A DNA stretch of 43,675 nucleotides, taken from contig CAZVHT010000036.1 in the NCBI GenBank assembly GCA_964627275.1, positions 1 to 43,675 of the forward strand, in the 5' to 3' direction. Origin of the DNA: an uncultured Candidatus Saccharibacteria bacterium. Its GTDB lineage: Bacteria > Patescibacteriota > Minisyncoccia > Phycocordibacterales > UBA6065. Made by a program: the position numbers and the translations under genes. This document shows positions 17,408-26,730 of this stretch, one piece after another. Under the pieces are notes generated by a model that ran no database searches, was not told the origin of the DNA, and saw only the letters and a list, made by a program, of their open reading frames with translations. How positions within the stretch are numbered: position 1 is the stretch's first letter; each line of letters begins with the position of its first letter.

Positions 17408-17435
17408 AGGGCTGATCTGTATCGGCCCTTTTATT
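17408..17435 (+). terminator. candidate terminator after the GC-rich ORF
   Basis: AGGGC (17408-17412) pairs with GCCCT (17425-17429), followed by TTTTATT. The stem is short. Confidence 0.35.
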
Positions 17436-17484
17436 CTGAACTCAATGAAATGCGTTCAGTATGATAATATAAACAAGTAAAACT

Positions 17485-18789
17485 ATGCCCAAAATAGAAC
17501 CCCGCACACTGAAGGGATTTCGCGATTTTTTGCCGGAGCGGCAGATTGTGAGGCAGAAAATGATCGAAACAATAAAGGCCTCTTTTGAGACGTTTGGTTT
17601 TGAGCCGCTCGAAACGCCGGCTTTGGAATATACTGAAATTCTCATGGGAAAGTACGGGGATGAAGGCGACAAGCTCATGTATCGCTTTCGAGACAATGGC
17701 GGTCGCGATGTGGCTCTGCGTTATGACCTCACTATACCTCTCGCCCGAGTGGTGGCGCAGTACGATAACGATATAAAAAAACCTTTCAAGCGCTATCAAA
17801 TCAGTCCCGTCTGGAGGGCCGAAAACACCCAAAAAGGTCGTTTTCGCGAGTTTTATCAGTGCGATGCCGACATCGTCGGTTCGACCAGTCCTCTCTCCGA
17901 TGCTGAAATCCTAGCTTTGAGCGCGAACACATTGTGTAAACTCGGCTTGGGAAATGGAGATTTTGTCATTCGCGTCAATTCCCGCGAAATTATTTCTGTT
18001 TTCTATGATTCTCTCAAACTTTCACCAGAACAAAAACAGATTGCTATCCGTATGGTGGACAAAATAGACAAAATCGGCAAACAGGGCGTGGAGGAAGAAT
18101 TGGAGAAAAATAATTTCTCGGCAAAAGATATAAAAACCACCCTTAATTTTGCCGGGACGAAAATAAATGACATAGAAAAAATCGGTACAGCCCAGAAATC
18201 TTTTCCAGTGATCAAAGACGCACTCAATAAACTTTCGGTAATGGTGGCCAAAGCTCTGGTTCTGGCTCCCAAAGCAAAATTTGTCATAGACTTTTCCATC
18301 GCTCGAGGTTTAGACTATTACACGGGCATGATTTTTGAAATTAGTCTCGTTCGCGCTCCGCAATTCGGTAGCGTTCTGTCTGGCGGCAGATACGACAATC
18401 TGATCGGCATGTTTTCAAACAAATCGGTGCCGGCAGTAGGCGCTTCTATAGGTTTGGACAGGCTCATTTCCGCCCTGGAAGAACTGGGACTCATAAAAGA
18501 ACAGAAAACTATCATAAAAGTGCTCGTTGTTAACTTTGACGAATCTCTCGCAGATGATTATTTAAAACTTGCCACAGAACTTCGAGAAGCGTATATAAAT
18601 ACCATGCTCTATTTTGAACCTACGGACCTCAAAAAACAGCTCTCATACGCCAGCGACAGAGGTATTCAGTATGTTCTCTTGTATGGTCCAAATGAAGCCA
18701 AAGAGGGTATGATAATCATAAAAAACTTGGCAAAAGGCACGCAGGAGAAAGTGACGATTAAAGGAGTAATAAATTACTTCAAAAAATAA
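17485..18789 (+). CDS. hisS: histidyl-tRNA synthetase
   Basis: GFRDFLP, LRYDLTIPLARV, FYQCDADIVG, GGRYDNL and AVGASIGLDRL motifs. Confidence 0.93.
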   Translation: MPKIEPRTLKGFRDFLPERQIVRQKMIETIKASFETFGFEPLETPALEYTEILMGKYGDEGDKLMYRFRDNGGRDVALRYDLTIPLARVVAQYDNDIKKPFKRYQISPVWRAENTQKGRFREFYQCDADIVGSTSPLSDAEILALSANTLCKLGLGNGDFVIRVNSREIISVFYDSLKLSPEQKQIAIRMVDKIDKIGKQGVEEELEKNNFSAKDIKTTLNFAGTKINDIEKIGTAQKSFPVIKDALNKLSVMVAKALVLAPKAKFVIDFSIARGLDYYTGMIFEISLVRAPQFGSVLSGGRYDNLIGMFSNKSVPAVGASIGLDRLISALEELGLIKEQKTIIKVLVVNFDESLADDYLKLATELREAYINTMLYFEPTDLKKQLSYASDRGIQYVLLYGPNEAKEGMIIIKNLAKGTQEKVTIKGVINYFKK

Positions 18790-19430
18790 TGAAAATTACA
18801 AAACTCGGACATTGTTGCTTACTCATAGAAGAAAACGGATTAATTATTCTTACCGATCCAGGTAGTTATTCAACAAAACAATCTACAATAAAGAACATCA
18901 ATGTCATTCTTATAAGTCATGAACATGTAGACCATTTACATGTTGATTCTTTAAAAGAAGTGTTAGTGAACAATCCCACAGCTCAAGTTGTCACAAATAC
19001 TTCTGTTGGAATGATTCTCGATAAAGAAGGAATACCTTATATATTAGTTGATCATGGTCAGTCTATTGTTAAGGCTGGTATAGAGATTGCAGGATTCGGA
19101 AAAGAACATTGGAAAATGTATAAGACAGTGAAACCTGTGGAAAACACCGCGTATTTCATAGGTAAAAAGCTTTTCTATCCAGGAGATTCTTTCTACGATC
19201 CAAAACAGTCGATCGATGTGCTCGCACTTCCTGTTGCAGGCCCTTGGGCAACTCTTACAGAAATAATTAATTATGGATTAAAACTTAATCCAAAAAAGGT
19301 TTTTCCAGTACATGATGGAATGCTTGTTTCCGGTAAGTTCGGACCCGCACATCGTTTACCACAACAAGAACTCACTAAAGCAGGGATTGAGTTCATAATA
19401 ATGAACGAGGGAGATCAAAAAGAATTTTAG
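18789..19430 (+). CDS. MBL-fold metallo-hydrolase
   Basis: HEHVDHLH (the HxHxDH motif). The start overlaps the hisS stop (ATGA). Confidence 0.75.
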   Translation: MKITKLGHCCLLIEENGLIILTDPGSYSTKQSTIKNINVILISHEHVDHLHVDSLKEVLVNNPTAQVVTNTSVGMILDKEGIPYILVDHGQSIVKAGIEIAGFGKEHWKMYKTVKPVENTAYFIGKKLFYPGDSFYDPKQSIDVLALPVAGPWATLTEIINYGLKLNPKKVFPVHDGMLVSGKFGPAHRLPQQELTKAGIEFIIMNEGDQKEF

Positions 19431-19459
19431 TAAATGAGAGTGGTTAAAAATATCTATTT

Positions 19460-19996
19460 ATGGTCTTAATAATCTTTGAAGCCCATGGTACAACGTTCGA
19501 CAACGAAGCACATTTGTCTTCTGGCTATAACGATGTAGCTTTATCGCCACTTGGAATACAGCAGTCAAAAGAAATGGGTGAGAGGTATGAAAAAGATCAT
19601 TTTGACGCAATTTTTTGTTCTGATCTGCGACGTGCATACAAAAGTGCTGAGATTGGTTTTGGTAGCAAATGGCTGATTATTAGAGATGCCCGGCTCCGTG
19701 AGTGTGATTATGGAGACTTTACGCAAAATCCGAGTGAAATAGTTGATAAGGAAAAACCACGGAGAGTAGAGATTCCTTTCCCTCACGGTGAAAGTTATAT
19801 TCAAACGACAGCTCGTATGAAAGATTTTCTCAAAGATCTTCTTAAAAACTACAATGATAAGAAAGTTATGATTATTGGACATCGTGCGACTCAATATGGT
19901 CTTGATCATCTTATAAACAAAGTGCCTCTTCTTACACTTACCACTAGTCATTTCAAGTGGCAGCCAGGATGGAAATATGAACTAAAAACAATCTGA
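19460..19996 (+). CDS. histidine phosphatase (phosphoglycerate-mutase-like) family protein
   Basis: The family layout is present: FEAHGTT...SPLGIQQ...SDLRRAYKSAEI...RECDYGDF...IIGHRATQ. The usual RHG reads AHG. Confidence 0.6.
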   Translation: MVLIIFEAHGTTFDNEAHLSSGYNDVALSPLGIQQSKEMGERYEKDHFDAIFCSDLRRAYKSAEIGFGSKWLIIRDARLRECDYGDFTQNPSEIVDKEKPRRVEIPFPHGESYIQTTARMKDFLKDLLKNYNDKKVMIIGHRATQYGLDHLINKVPLLTLTTSHFKWQPGWKYELKTI

Positions 19997-19999
19997 CTT

Positions 20000-21022
20000 T
20001 CACTCCATCCCCTTCAAAACTTCCAGATAGAGTTCCTCCACAATTTTTTGTTGTTCAGCGCCTGTCTTTATATAGTGATCCAGTCCCGGAGCGGAGTTTA
20101 TTTCTATGATTTTATATTTTTTTCCTGTTTTTTCAGTTTTTGGCGCTTGACTGATGTCGCCATCTTCAATCATCAAATCCACACCGCAGAGTCGCAATCC
20201 CATATCGCGAGTGAGACGTACAGCCAAATCTCTGAATTCGGGGTGAACTTCTCTCGTCATATCTACAGAATCGCCGCCTGTGGAGAGATTGGCATTGTCC
20301 AAGAGAAAAATTTGCTCGCCGGTTTTCGGTATTGAACTGAAAGATAGTTTTTGATGGAAAAGTTTTTGCGTCATTCGGACGTCATCGAGCCTAATCATAG
20401 TATCCCTGCCGGATTTTTGAAACGTTTTTTGTTTCTTTTTGAGCAGAGTCATGATTGTAGACTTGCCATCGCCTACGATATTGAGAGGAATACGTTCGTA
20501 AGCGGAAATTACCCTGTTATCCAGCACCACTACACGATAATCTCTACCACGAATATATTTTTGAACCACGGCCACTCTGTCTCCTTCAAAAATAAAACGC
20601 ATAGCCGAGTAAAATTCACTTTTGTTATAAACTAGAGCGACACCTACGCCTTGACTGCCACTATTCGGTTTGACTATGAGGGGAAAGCCGAGTTCTCGAG
20701 CGTATTTGTAGGCCGCATTCAGATTGTCTTTAGAACCGATGGCCTGTGCCCATTTGTCGGAGAAAAAAACTTTGCCCGGAATGGTCGGATAACCCATCAG
20801 TTTCATAAAAAAATCGGCATAGCCTTTGTCTTTGGCAATTTCTGAAGCGGCTTGAGTGTTCAGGTCCAGGCTGGAATATTTGAAATATCTCTTTTGACCA
20901 CTTTTATAAATCACTTGGCCGACGATGTTCCATTCAGGCTCAATGACAATGCGCGCGCCTATGCGCGGAGCGATTTTTTGGATCAATTGGCCGAGCAGCG
21001 GTTTGGAATAGCCTTTTTTCAT
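20000..21022 (-). CDS. ATP-grasp ligase (RimK/cyanophycin-synthetase-like)
   Basis: GFPLIVKPNSGSQGVGV, VVQKYIRGRDYRVVVL, NLSTGGDSVDMTREVHPE and IIEINSAPGL. Confidence 0.7.
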   Translation of the reverse strand: MKKGYSKPLLGQLIQKIAPRIGARIVIEPEWNIVGQVIYKSGQKRYFKYSSLDLNTQAASEIAKDKGYADFFMKLMGYPTIPGKVFFSDKWAQAIGSKDNLNAAYKYARELGFPLIVKPNSGSQGVGVALVYNKSEFYSAMRFIFEGDRVAVVQKYIRGRDYRVVVLDNRVISAYERIPLNIVGDGKSTIMTLLKKKQKTFQKSGRDTMIRLDDVRMTQKLFHQKLSFSSIPKTGEQIFLLDNANLSTGGDSVDMTREVHPEFRDLAVRLTRDMGLRLCGVDLMIEDGDISQAPKTEKTGKKYKIIEINSAPGLDHYIKTGAEQQKIVEELYLEVLKGME

Positions 21023-21066
21023 ATTTATGTGTCAGTCGCATTATACTTTCATAAAAGCTCTATTTT

Positions 21067-21075
21067 TGCTACTAT
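21067..21075 (+). promoter_or_regulatory. extended -10 box (TGCTACTAT), 6 nt upstream of the trpS ATG
   Basis: TGC-TACTAT-TTCTCT-ATG (ATG at 21082). Confidence 0.45.
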
Positions 21076-21081
21076 TTCTCT

Positions 21082-22056
21082 ATGTCAGCAAAAGAAATAA
21101 ACAGCAAGAAAACTCTGCTTTCCGGCGTCAAACCGACCGGCCGACCGCATATAGGTAATTATTTCGGGGCCATGAAGCAGTTTGTGGATCTTTTGAATAC
21201 TGGTAAATACGATTGTTATTTTATGATTGCCGATTATCACGGGCTCAACTTTATTCAGAATGCCGTCGAGATGCGCGAGAATATTATTGAACTCGCTATA
21301 GATTATTTGGCCATAGGCCTCGACCCGAAAAAGTGCGTTCTCTTCAAACAATCCGATGTTTCCGCTCACACCGAACTGGCTTGGATTTTTGACACCATAA
21401 CAACCATGCCGTATCTGGAGAGGGCGCACGCATTCAAAGATGCTTCTGCAAAAGATCGGGAAATCTCTGTAGGCACGTTCAATTATCCTATGCTCATGGC
21501 CGCGGACATTTTGCTATACAATACTGACATAGTGCCCGTGGGCCAAGATCAGAAACAACATGTCGAATACACTCGCGATACGGCCCAAAAATTCAATCGC
21601 ATATTCGGCGAGACCTTCAAAATACCGGAGCCTTTTATTTTGGAAGATGTCAAGGTCGTGCCCGGCACAGATGGCCGCAAAATGAGCAAGAGCCACAACA
21701 ATGATATAGGTCTCTTTGCCACAGATGATGAAATCAGAAGAGCGGTCATGGCGATCATCACCGATTCCGGTTCAAATATTCCGACAAATGTTTATGCCAT
21801 CCATGAATTGATTCGTGACAAGGATTATCTGGACCGGCTTTATACGGCAAAGCAGGGAAAGTACAGAGAATTGAAAGAAGCGCTGATCAGAGATTTGCAG
21901 GATTTTATTCGACCACTGCGCGATTGTCGTGAAAAAATCGCCAAAGATCGCAAAAAAGTCATAAAAATTCTGGAAAAAGGAGGAAAAATGGCGGCAAATC
22001 AGGCGAATGAGACTCTCTCAAAAACAAAGAAAAATATAGGAGTGACACTTACGTAA
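21082..22056 (+). CDS. trpS: tryptophanyl-tRNA synthetase
   Basis: SGVKPTGRPHIGNYFG (HIGH region), KMSKS and a size of about 324 aa. Confidence 0.92.
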   Translation: MSAKEINSKKTLLSGVKPTGRPHIGNYFGAMKQFVDLLNTGKYDCYFMIADYHGLNFIQNAVEMRENIIELAIDYLAIGLDPKKCVLFKQSDVSAHTELAWIFDTITTMPYLERAHAFKDASAKDREISVGTFNYPMLMAADILLYNTDIVPVGQDQKQHVEYTRDTAQKFNRIFGETFKIPEPFILEDVKVVPGTDGRKMSKSHNNDIGLFATDDEIRRAVMAIITDSGSNIPTNVYAIHELIRDKDYLDRLYTAKQGKYRELKEALIRDLQDFIRPLRDCREKIAKDRKKVIKILEKGGKMAANQANETLSKTKKNIGVTLT

Positions 22057-22057
22057 A

Positions 22058-23353
22058 ATGAAATCATCATTACATACAAATAAAGTTTTAGAACATGCAG
22101 GCAAACAGGTGACTGTGCATGGCTTTGTCCATGCTCTGCGTGTACAGTCAAAAATAATCTTTGTGGTTGTTCGCGATATAGAAGGAACGATTCAGGTGGT
22201 TGTTCTCAAGGATAGTCCAGTGTTTGAAACAGCCAAAAACCTCTCTCTCGAATCTGTTGTTGAAGTAGTTGGTCTTGCTAAAAAATCAGAGCAGGCATCT
22301 GGTGGAGTTGAAATAGAAGTGTCCACTATCAATGTTCTCTCGGTTGCTGATCCAGAATTGCCGATCCCTGTCGTCATAAAAAAAGGCGGAGAAGAGACAG
22401 AAGCCCCGATTAGATTCGATTATCGCTGGATTGATTTGCGTAAACCAGAGAAAGCGAAAATATTTAAAGTCTGGACAGCGCTTGAGAAAGGTATGAGGAA
22501 ATATTGGGACGAAAACGATTATATTCAACTCTACCCACCTTCATTTATGAGTACCCCGTCAGAAACAGGCGCATCTGTATTCGAAGTAAAATATTTTGAC
22601 AGGAAAGCATATCTCGCTCAATCACCGCAATTCTATAAACAAATGGGTATCGCGTCCGGATTTGAGAAAGTGTTTATGGTCGAACCTGTATTTCGTGCGG
22701 AAGAATCTTACACAACGAGACATATCACTGAATTTACCGGCTGGGATTTCGAGATTGCTTATGTCGAGTCTCATCACGATATTATGGATGCGGAAGAGGG
22801 TATGATCGTCGCGGGTTTTGAAGAAGTCAAAAAAGAATTCCCCGAGCTTGACTTGGAATTACCGACTCGACCGTTTCCACGCATTCCGATTATAGAGGTA
22901 AAGAAGATTTTGAAAAAGCGCGATGTACAGTCGCCCGAAGATCATGACCTTTCTCCTGAAGAAGAACGGGCTATTTCGGAATATGTCAAAGAAAAGTACA
23001 ATCATGATTTTGTTTTCGTCACGGAATACCATAAATCAAAGAGCGCTTTTTATCATATGCGTTTACCTGAAGACAATAATCGTTCACGTCGTGCCGACCT
23101 CATGTATCGGGGAATAGAAGTAACAACACTTGCTCAGCGCGAACATCGTGTGGATATACTCGAAAAACAAGCTCTTGAAAAGGGCATGAAGCTCGAGCCG
23201 CTCAAAGATTATATAAACTTTTTCAGATATGGTTGTCCTCCGCATGGTGGTGGAGGCATCGGCCCTGGCCGTTTCATCATGAAGATTCTCGATCTACCAA
23301 ATGTCCGCGAGGCAACATATATTCCGCGAGACGTGAAAAGATTAAATCCTTAA
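22058..23353 (+). CDS. aspS: aspartyl-tRNA synthetase, archaeal/eukaryal type (AsnRS not fully excluded)
   Basis: N-terminal OB fold. Class IIb motif 2 (FRAEESYTTRHITEF), motif 3 (GGGGIGPGR) and a C-terminal PRDVKRLNP. Confidence 0.75.
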   Translation: MKSSLHTNKVLEHAGKQVTVHGFVHALRVQSKIIFVVVRDIEGTIQVVVLKDSPVFETAKNLSLESVVEVVGLAKKSEQASGGVEIEVSTINVLSVADPELPIPVVIKKGGEETEAPIRFDYRWIDLRKPEKAKIFKVWTALEKGMRKYWDENDYIQLYPPSFMSTPSETGASVFEVKYFDRKAYLAQSPQFYKQMGIASGFEKVFMVEPVFRAEESYTTRHITEFTGWDFEIAYVESHHDIMDAEEGMIVAGFEEVKKEFPELDLELPTRPFPRIPIIEVKKILKKRDVQSPEDHDLSPEEERAISEYVKEKYNHDFVFVTEYHKSKSAFYHMRLPEDNNRSRRADLMYRGIEVTTLAQREHRVDILEKQALEKGMKLEPLKDYINFFRYGCPPHGGGGIGPGRFIMKILDLPNVREATYIPRDVKRLNP

Positions 23354-23369
23354 TAAATCTCCCAGAAAT

Positions 23370-24092
23370 ATGTCTTTCACCGTCAAACAGGAACATTTTG
23401 AGGGATCGCTCGAGCTTCTGCTCGATCTCATAGAAAAGAGAAAGCTTTTTGTGAACGATGTGTCCCTAGCCAAAGTAGCCGACGATTACGTCTCGTACGT
23501 CAAAAATCTGTCGGAATTTCCTGTTTCCGACAGCGCCCATTTTGTGCTCATCGCTTCGACGCTTCTGCTCATAAAATCAAAATCTCTCCTGCCGACTCTG
23601 GATTTGACTACGGAGGAACAGGCTTCTATAGAAGATTTGGAGCGGCGTTTGCGTCTGTATGAACGCATGAGAAAACTTTCACGTGTTCTAGGATCTCTCT
23701 GGGGCCAAAAACCGCTCTTTGCCCGTGGCGAGCACCGACTGGAGCCGGTTTTTTCTCCTGATGAGAGTATGACGGTGCCAAACTTGCTCGTAGCCGCCAA
23801 TCGCGTTCTCTCCAATATACCAAAGAAGGAGTTTTTGCCGAAAATAATCATGGATAAAGTCATAAGTCTGGAGGAAATGATTACAAACCTAACCAAACGA
23901 GTTTCGGCCAGTCTAAAAATAAGTTTCAAGGAGTTCACCAGTATCGCCGGCAAAGGCCAAAAAGTAAATATCATCGTCGGTTTTCTAGCCATGCTTGAAT
24001 TAGTCAAGCAGGGCATTATCAGCGTCCGTCAAGAAAAGCATTTTGACGACATTCATATGGAGACCGAAAATGTCGGGGTGCCAAAGTATTGA
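23370..24092 (+). CDS. scpA: segregation and condensation protein A
   Basis: FEGSLELLLDLIEKRKLFVNDVSLAKVADDY. Confidence 0.88.
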   Translation: MSFTVKQEHFEGSLELLLDLIEKRKLFVNDVSLAKVADDYVSYVKNLSEFPVSDSAHFVLIASTLLLIKSKSLLPTLDLTTEEQASIEDLERRLRLYERMRKLSRVLGSLWGQKPLFARGEHRLEPVFSPDESMTVPNLLVAANRVLSNIPKKEFLPKIIMDKVISLEEMITNLTKRVSASLKISFKEFTSIAGKGQKVNIIVGFLAMLELVKQGIISVRQEKHFDDIHMETENVGVPKY

Positions 24093-24112
24093 TAAAACGT
24101 TGCGCATACAAA

Positions 24113-24121
24113 TGTTATAAT
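24113..24121 (+). promoter_or_regulatory. extended -10 box (TGTTATAAT), 7 nt upstream of the scpB ATG
   Basis: TGT-TATAAT-TCATAGC-ATG (ATG at 24129). Confidence 0.45.
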
Positions 24122-24128
24122 TCATAGC

Positions 24129-24695
24129 ATGAACCTGGAATCCAAATTGGAGGCTTTGCTTTTTTTTAAAGGCGAACCTATGACAAAAAAGAAAGCGGAA
24201 ACGGCTCTAGATTGTACGAAAGGGGAACGGGAAAACGCTCTTGTTTCACTCGGATATTCTCTGATAAATCGCGGTCTGCGTGTCATTTCGAATGGCGATG
24301 AGATAGAAATGCGCACAGCGCCGGAGGCGAGCGGTTTTATTGAAAAACTGACCAAGGACGAACTCATTCGCGATCTCGGCAAGGCAGGTCTAGAAACGCT
24401 CACTATCATACTCTACAAGCATCCGATAAAACGCTCTGAAATAGATTATATTCGTGGTGTTAATTCTTCTTTTATTTTGCGCAATTTGCTCATCCGCGGA
24501 CTGATAGAGCGTCTGACGGAGAGAGAAGGTATTTTGGGGCAGGGCAGAGGCTTTTTGTACAAACCGACTATAAGTTTGCTCGCTCATCTGGGTATTTCGA
24601 AAATTGAGGACTTGCCTGAATATGTTACAGTAAAAGCTGAATTTGAAAATTTTGCCGCCGGAGAAGAAAGGGCGGAAGAAAAAAATGAATGCTGA
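24129..24695 (+). CDS. scpB: segregation and condensation protein B
   Basis: LEALLFFKGEPMT...ETLTIILYKHPIKRSEIDYIRGV. Confidence 0.88.
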   Translation: MNLESKLEALLFFKGEPMTKKKAETALDCTKGERENALVSLGYSLINRGLRVISNGDEIEMRTAPEASGFIEKLTKDELIRDLGKAGLETLTIILYKHPIKRSEIDYIRGVNSSFILRNLLIRGLIERLTEREGILGQGRGFLYKPTISLLAHLGISKIEDLPEYVTVKAEFENFAAGEERAEEKNEC

Positions 24696-25608
24696 AAAGA
24701 AATTAACTTTGGTGGAAATGTCGCTCATAGCGCTCATGATAGCGCTGTTTTTATGGTGGATTTATCTTGTGAAACAAATTGCGGTGAATGATGAGGTGAT
24801 CACGGAAAAAAACGCCGACCATATTTTCTCGTCCGTATCTATAGAAGCAAAATCGGCATACGTCCTCGATGTCAGCACCGACAAAGTTTTGTTTGAAAAA
24901 GAGCCGGAACTCCAATGGCCTCTGGCGTCTCTGGCCAAACTGATGGTTGTTTTTACCGCTTCAAAATTGATACCTGATTATATGCTGGTGCGCATAACTG
25001 CCGATGATGTGGGAGAGGAAGGGGATACGGGGCTCTTTCCCGGCGAAGAATGGAATATAAAAAAGCTGATTGATTACAGTTTGGTCGTTTCTTCCAATGA
25101 CGGTATTCGAGCGATAGCCGGCATTGCCGGGGCTGAACTGGCTCTGAGTTCCACTACTTCTCCGGAAGTTCTTTTTATAGAGCGTATGAACGAATCGGCT
25201 CGTGAAATCGGTCTGTCTGAAACTTATTTTCTCAATCAATCCGGACTGGATGTCTCCGGAACTCTCTCTGGAGGATATAGTTCAGCCAAAGATATGGCCA
25301 TGTTGATGCAAAAAATTTTGAAAACCAATTACCACATGATTGAAGCTACTTCCTTCTCGAAAATAAACATCGGCTCGAAAAATAAAATCCATGATGCGGT
25401 CAATACAAACAAAGCTCTGGAAAAAATTCCGAACGTTTTGGCTTCAAAGACGGGTTATACTCAATTATCCGGAGGCAACGTCGTCTTGGCTTTCAATGCC
25501 GGCCTCGATCATCCAATCATTATTTCTATTCTCGGTTCTTCATATGAAGGCAGATTCAAAGACTTGAACGCTATCGTCAAAGCCACTCTCCAATATTTCG
25601 CAAAATAA
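24685..25608 (+). CDS. D-alanyl-D-alanine carboxypeptidase (S11, PBP5-like)
   Basis: SLAKLM (SxxK), SSNDG (SxN) and KTGYT (KTG), with an N-terminal TM anchor. ATG 24685 is preferred and gives an 11-nt overlap with scpB. Confidence 0.85.
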   Translation: MNAEKKLTLVEMSLIALMIALFLWWIYLVKQIAVNDEVITEKNADHIFSSVSIEAKSAYVLDVSTDKVLFEKEPELQWPLASLAKLMVVFTASKLIPDYMLVRITADDVGEEGDTGLFPGEEWNIKKLIDYSLVVSSNDGIRAIAGIAGAELALSSTTSPEVLFIERMNESAREIGLSETYFLNQSGLDVSGTLSGGYSSAKDMAMLMQKILKTNYHMIEATSFSKINIGSKNKIHDAVNTNKALEKIPNVLASKTGYTQLSGGNVVLAFNAGLDHPIIISILGSSYEGRFKDLNAIVKATLQYFAK

Positions 25609-25609
25609 T

Positions 25610-26713
25610 ATGAAAAAAATATCAGTCGACAAAAAACTGCTCATCTCCATTCTCCTCTTGGTTGGAGCCGGTTTTCTCATATTTCTGTCGGCATCCCTCG
25701 GCCTCTTGGCGCGCGATTCGGTTCATTTCGGTTCCGCCACTTTCAAACAGATATTTTTCGGTCTTCTTCCCGGTCTCGCTCTGCTCTATATCTTTTCAAT
25801 TTTTGATTATATGAAATGGCGAAAGCTCGCTTTTTTGATTTTTGCTTTCTCTATTGTCTTGAACATTATTATTTTTCTCCCTCACGTGGGTCTCTCGCAC
25901 GGCGGGGCTACGAGGTGGCTTTCCATAGGCTCTTTTTCTTTTCAGGTGTCGGAAGTTTTGAAGATCGCCGCCATCATATATTTCGCGGCGTGGCTCTCTC
26001 TGGTTAAAGAAGGTGTAAAAACATGGAAGAGGGGATTTTTGCCTCTTTTCATAATGCTCGCTATTGTTGGCGCTCTCTGTCTCATGCAAAAAGACACTGA
26101 TACTCTCATCGTCGTTTCCATTTCTCTCATTTCCATGTTCGTGGTGGCAGGAGGGAAATGGAGGCATATCGCTCTGCTTGTTTTCTCGGGAGGACTGGTT
26201 TTTGCCATGCTTGTCTACGAGAGACCCTATATACGCGCACGTATAATCACTTTTTTCGATCCTGGAGCCCAGAGTCTCACTACCGGCTGGCAGATACAGC
26301 AATCTCTCATAGCCATAGGATCCGGCGGCATTACCGGCCGAGGTTTCGGCCAGAGCATTCAGAAATTCAATTACTTGCCGGAGCCGGTGGGTGATTCGAT
26401 TTTCGCCGTGGCCGCCGAAGAGTTCGGATTCGTAGGATCGTTTGGCCTCATCATTCTATTTGTCTTTTTTACTATGCGTGTCCTCAAAGTAGCTGGAAAC
26501 GCAAACCACCCTTTTGGCACATTTTTTGCCGTGGGTATTGTCACGTATATTATTGTTCAATCGTTTGTAAACATAGGCTCTATGGTCGGCGTCATACCAC
26601 TCTCCGGTACTCCGCTTCTCTTTGTATCCCAAGGCGGTACAGCCCTGCTGTTTGTTTTGGCTGAAGCGGGAATACTATTAAATATCTCCAAAAGCGCAAA
26701 GATGGTAAAATAA
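25610..26713 (+). CDS. ftsW: SEDS-family peptidoglycan glycosyltransferase (FtsW/RodA)
   Basis: Polytopic membrane protein with GRGFGQSIQKFNYLPEPVGDSIFAVAAEEFGF. Lies adjacent to murG. Confidence 0.88.
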   Translation: MKKISVDKKLLISILLLVGAGFLIFLSASLGLLARDSVHFGSATFKQIFFGLLPGLALLYIFSIFDYMKWRKLAFLIFAFSIVLNIIIFLPHVGLSHGGATRWLSIGSFSFQVSEVLKIAAIIYFAAWLSLVKEGVKTWKRGFLPLFIMLAIVGALCLMQKDTDTLIVVSISLISMFVVAGGKWRHIALLVFSGGLVFAMLVYERPYIRARIITFFDPGAQSLTTGWQIQQSLIAIGSGGITGRGFGQSIQKFNYLPEPVGDSIFAVAAEEFGFVGSFGLIILFVFFTMRVLKVAGNANHPFGTFFAVGIVTYIIVQSFVNIGSMVGVIPLSGTPLLFVSQGGTALLFVLAEAGILLNISKSAKMVK

Positions 26714-26730
26714 ACGCACTAATTTCTCAT

